64,000 nucleotides of DNA from Azolla caroliniana (lineage: Eukaryota > Plantae > Polypodiophyta). Under the pieces are notes generated by a model. It was not told the DNA's origin. It was given only the letters and a program-made list of their open reading frames with translations, and did not search any database. Position 1 is the stretch's first letter, and every line of letters begins with the position of its first letter. The stretch is from assembly GCA_043228905.1 (NCBI GenBank), contig JBHGNT010000002.1, positions 13,020,001 through 13,084,000 of the forward strand. The letters are read 5' to 3'. The translations under genes were made by a program, and so were the position numbers. Below are positions 60,356 through 64,000 of this stretch, in pieces.

Positions 60356-60947
60356 GAGCCGGTTTATGAGCAATCCCGGCAAGGAGCACTGGAACGCAGT
60401 CAAATGGATACTCTGGTACTTCAAGGGCACTTCAAATATGTGTCTCTAATTCGGCTCTAGTAAACCTCAACTTGACAGTTTTATCGATTCGGATATGTCG
60501 GCTAATGTGGATACCAGCCGGTCTACATCCGGGTATGTAATGACATATGTAGGGTGAGCTGTTTCGTGGCAGTCGAGGCTGCAGAAGACGGTTGCGTTGT
60601 CAACCACGGAGGCGGAGTACATGGCGGCTGTTGAAGCCGGTAAGGAAATATTATGGATGAAGGACTTCATCGGAGAGCTCGGTATCTGGCAAGAAGAATA
60701 TCGGCTCTATTGCGACAGTCAAAGTGCCATCCACCTTGCTAAGAACGTAGTGTACCATTCCAGGACGAAGCACATCTAGCGTAGGTATCATTGGATCCGG
60801 GAGCGAGTAGAAGATCGAGAGTTCGCGCTGACGAAGATCCACACGGCCGAGAATGGGTCAGATATGCTGACCAAAGTACTGATACCCAACAAGCTGGATG
60901 CATGTCGGAAGCGGATCGGACTAGTAAGACATCCCATGCCGGAGTGA
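60356..60947 (+). pseudogene. Copia G RT end and RNase H
   Basis: SRFMSNPGKEHW, STTEAEY, CDSQSAIHLAKN. Confidence 0.9.
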
Positions 60948-61844
60948 AGGGGGAGTTTGTTAGGAAAATAGGTCCCTCCGGATAGGAAGTGAGAAGAACC
61001 GTGTTGATGAGCAACTCGGCTGAGGCCGAAACCGGAAATTGTGGAGATAGCCAACATGGAAGGGCTAAACTTGTAAATAGTCGAAAGGTTACATTGGTAT
61101 ATATAAGTACTTAGGGCAATCATGCTAAGTATGTGTGCGTTAATTGTAAAGTTACTGTTGTCGAGGTCGTGGCCTTCGTAACCATGAGAGTGAACGAGTG
61201 TGAGTGGAAGCGAGTGAGCTCCATAGTTGCCTGTTGGTGAAGCAGGATTTCGAGGTCGTTGACTCTGAGATCTCTGATTGTATTCCTTTCTCTCATAGTG
61301 TTCTGTTTCGGAGTTTGTGGACTCCACGTGGTTTTTTCCTAGTTCGGGTTTCCACGTTAAAATCCGTGTCATTCTCAGTTTCTGTATTCTGTTTTTCCTT
61401 TCCATTAGATTGACTATTATTCCGCACATATACAACCGGTTGTGGCCGGCAACGATTTGAACTTCATATAAGTATAAGAAGCTATGGTCAACACCAACAA
61501 GGCATAGTGCCACCCGAAAGGAGTGGATCAACTTCAAGATGTCCTATTAGATAGTTGATTGTGCTTTCCCCTCCATGCAGAAAACATTTGAGCTCGTCCC
61601 AGTCCAGCCACTTTGCTGAATGGATGTATATATCTCAATTAGTAAGGTTGTCGAATGGATACCATGAGTTCATGGCTTTAACCCCTACATTCTAGATTGA
61701 CATTTAGGAAATTAAGAGGATATCTATGGAACGATAGAGAGGTGAGAAAATTGGGGCTTCAATTAAGGTAAGCTAATTACAATAAAGAGAGAGAGGCATG
61801 TGTGACAATCAATCCACTTTTTTATCCGACATAATGAGATGGAT

Positions 61845-62020
61845 GCATACCTCATAGCCATTGCATTGTGTTTGGATAGATGTGGACAACGGTTTTAATC
61901 CTAGCATGATGACCTCCCATCCAGTTTGTTTCGATAGACGCTAATAATGGTTTTGATCCTAGCATGCTTTCCTCGCATCCATAGTGGTTAGATGCTGACA
62001 ACGCTTTTCATCCAAGCAAG
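61845..62020. repeat. Three degenerate ~55-60-bp tandem units
   Basis: TAGA(T/C)G..A(C/T)AA(C/T)G(G/C)TTTT.ATCC.AGCA.G repeated three times. Confidence 0.6.
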
Positions 62021-62203
62021 TAAAATGAACTTGCAATGCTGTATTAGATTCTTCATATGAAGTGAATGCTTCTTCATAAGCGTTTGATAGGACATTTCTC
62101 TTATTTAGCTTTATTTACTAATTTCAACACCATGTAAAGTGAGTGCCTCCTATAAATATTGCTTTTAGAAATGATCTAGTAATGCCATAGACTAGTTTGT
62201 GGT

Positions 62204-64000
62204 TTAATGTTTCTCAGTTTTATTATACAATGTTGCATAGATATTGCTCATACATACATATGATGCAGTGTGACATTCATTTAATTGGATAATGTGTTTG
62301 AACACGAGACTCCCAAGCTCCACATTTCCCCATTTATGGCAAGCACTTAACAAAGGAACCCAAATCAAGATATTATCGTCCGATGTGGCCACATTAGTGA
62401 TCAATGTGAATGCTATATCCACTTGGCCAGATCGTCCAAAAAGATCAACCATACTGACATGATGTTGAATCGAAGGTATAATACCGTAAATTTTCATCAT
62501 CGACTTGAAATATGTCTGTCCCTCATCAAGTAAACCAGTGTGGCTACAGACAGTCAACAAAAGGGAGAATGTTACAATGTCCGGCATCACACCCTGTCCT
62601 ATCATTCTATTGCATAAGTTCATAACAGTCTCATATTTGCCCAATTGGGCATATCCAGTCATTAATGCATTCCACGAATCTACACTCTTGGCCAGGACCC
62701 GATCGAACACTTGATGTGCACCTATGGCCTCACCACATTTCATATACATATCCACCAAAGCGTTGGCTACTATAGCCTCTTTGTCCAACAACCCTTGTGT
62801 CAGGATTTCTGTGTGTGCTTCTTTCCCTTTATGAATAGATCCAATATCCCCACAAGCCTTCGCGATAGCAACAAAAGTGATGGCATTTGCTGGGATGCCT
62901 TCGAGTTGCATTTGTTTCAAACACTGAAAGGCTTCCTCCATATGTCCATGCCGGACATATGCGGAGATCAAGGCTGTCCATGTGACTACATTCTCGACGG
63001 ATCTATGCTGTCCAAATAAATTTCGTACTTTTGTGAGTGCACCATGTTTCCCGAACATATCCATCAATGCAGTACTAATCATAATGTTTCCCATGAGAGA
63101 TTCATCATGCTCGATCTCAGTATATAATTTGTCACATTGAGATGTAGTTCCCATGATGCATCCACAGGCCTTCAAAACCGAAAGAAACGTAATTCTATCT
63201 GGAGAAAGGCCCTCATTTTGCATTTGTGAAAAGCAATGCAAAGCTTCTTCACCAAACCCATGTTCGGCATATCCAGTTATCAAGGCATTCCATACAACCA
63301 CATCCCGAACAAAAAGCTTGTTAAATACTTCTTTTGCTTTCACAAGTGCTCCGCATTTGGCATACATATCAACTAAAGCAGCCCCAAGCAAGACGTTTTT
63401 CTCAAGTAATCCTTCCATTATAACCTCCTTATGTATCGATTCGCCTTTGCAGATGTCCCTAACATGGCCACAAGCTTTTAAGATGCTGAGTGATGTGACT
63501 TCATTTGCTGAATGTCCATGCTTTTGCATTTCGTTGAAAGAATTGAACGCTTCCTTGAAACGCCTATGTTGAATATACCCACTGATCAGTGCATTCCAAG
63601 AAGCTGTGTCCTTCACCCGAAGCTCATCAAAAACCCTCTGAGATCTGCCAAGCATCCCATTTTTGGCGTACATATCCACCAATGCATAGCCAACGACAAT
63701 ATCTTTTTCAATCCATTTCTCAATGAAAATCGAAGCATGAAAGACTAGCCCCTTGTAATTCTCCTCTATGCTTCCACACGCTTTCAGTACACAAAGAAGT
63801 GTGATGGCATCAGGGAAGAGGCCCTCCGCTTGCATCTGGAAGAAGCACTGTAGCGCCTCTTCAGCATAGAAATGCTCAGAGTATGCATAAATGAGAGAAT
63901 TCCAGGAGATTGAGTCGGGGAAGTTGATCCTATCGAACGTATCTCGGGCATCGGAAAGTTGGCCAGCTTTGGCATACATATCAACCAATGCATTACAAAC
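62204..64000 (-). CDS. PLS-class pentatricopeptide repeat protein with E domain (5' end outside the window)
   Basis: Repeated ALVDMYAKCG / WNALITGY / TFLSVLKACG motifs; E-like LLSACHKWGNVELG..SYVCMSNIYA; no DYW domain. Confidence 0.93.
   Translation of the reverse strand, partial: VCNALVDMYAKAGQLSDARDTFDRINFPDSISWNSLIYAYSEHFYAEEALQCFFQMQAEGLFPDAITLLCVLKACGSIEENYKGLVFHASIFIEKWIEKDIVVGYALVDMYAKNGMLGRSQRVFDELRVKDTASWNALISGYIQHRRFKEAFNSFNEMQKHGHSANEVTSLSILKACGHVRDICKGESIHKEVIMEGLLEKNVLLGAALVDMYAKCGALVKAKEVFNKLFVRDVVVWNALITGYAEHGFGEEALHCFSQMQNEGLSPDRITFLSVLKACGCIMGTTSQCDKLYTEIEHDESLMGNIMISTALMDMFGKHGALTKVRNLFGQHRSVENVVTWTALISAYVRHGHMEEAFQCLKQMQLEGIPANAITFVAIAKACGDIGSIHKGKEAHTEILTQGLLDKEAIVANALVDMYMKCGEAIGAHQVFDRVLAKSVDSWNALMTGYAQLGKYETVMNLCNRMIGQGVMPDIVTFSLLLTVCSHTGLLDEGQTYFKSMMKIYGIIPSIQHHVSMVDLFGRSGQVDIAFTLITNVATSDDNILIWVPLLSACHKWGNVELGSLVFKHIIQLNECHTASYVCMSNIYATLYNKTEKH

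Larger units (their letters stand above)
21964..61466 (+). mobile_element. Ty1/copia element G hosting nested elements C, D, E and F
   Basis: LTRs 21964-22470 and 60958-61466 (about 5% diverged by eye); TSD TATAA; PBS-Met 22474-22485; PPT 60941-60955. Confidence 0.93.

Noticed and set aside
60788-61537. 249-aa minus-strand ORF
   Set aside because: Spans the copia 3' LTR antisense; the equivalent 5' LTR region gives only short broken ORFs
61845-62020. CRISPR-like repeat-spacer array
   Set aside because: Eukaryotic context, degenerate repeats, inter-repeat parts similar to each other, no cas genes

Overview
Plant nuclear DNA. The PLS-PPR style and retroelement lineages suggest a non-seed plant such as a fern (inference). 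About 95% of the window is nested LTR retrotransposons, and a PLS-E PPR gene runs off the right edge. A Ty1/copia element (21964-61466, TSD TATAA) hosts three non-chromovirus Ty3/gypsy elements (C, D, E), and E hosts a young chromovirus (F). Further copia, gypsy and chromovirus fragments fill 1-21.7 kb. The main surprises are cis-signals for reverse transcription. (1) All three gypsy copies that keep the 3' LTR junction lack a polypurine tract. In its place is a covarying CAAGG hairpin plus a tRNA-3'-end-like 16-mer ending in CCA, 2 nt before the 3' LTR, which suggests tRNA-primed or tRNA-mimic-primed plus-strand synthesis. (2) Four diverged chromovirus LTR types carry an antisense tRNA-like A/B-box cassette at the start of U3. 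Three of them show covarying Tf1-type self-priming pairs. (3) One gypsy copy was integrated with two inverted U3 ends and a perfect TSD. The gypsy family also encodes a ~1000-aa extra 3' ORF with conserved blocks. All alignments and counts were done by eye, and tRNA identities are from memory and need checking.
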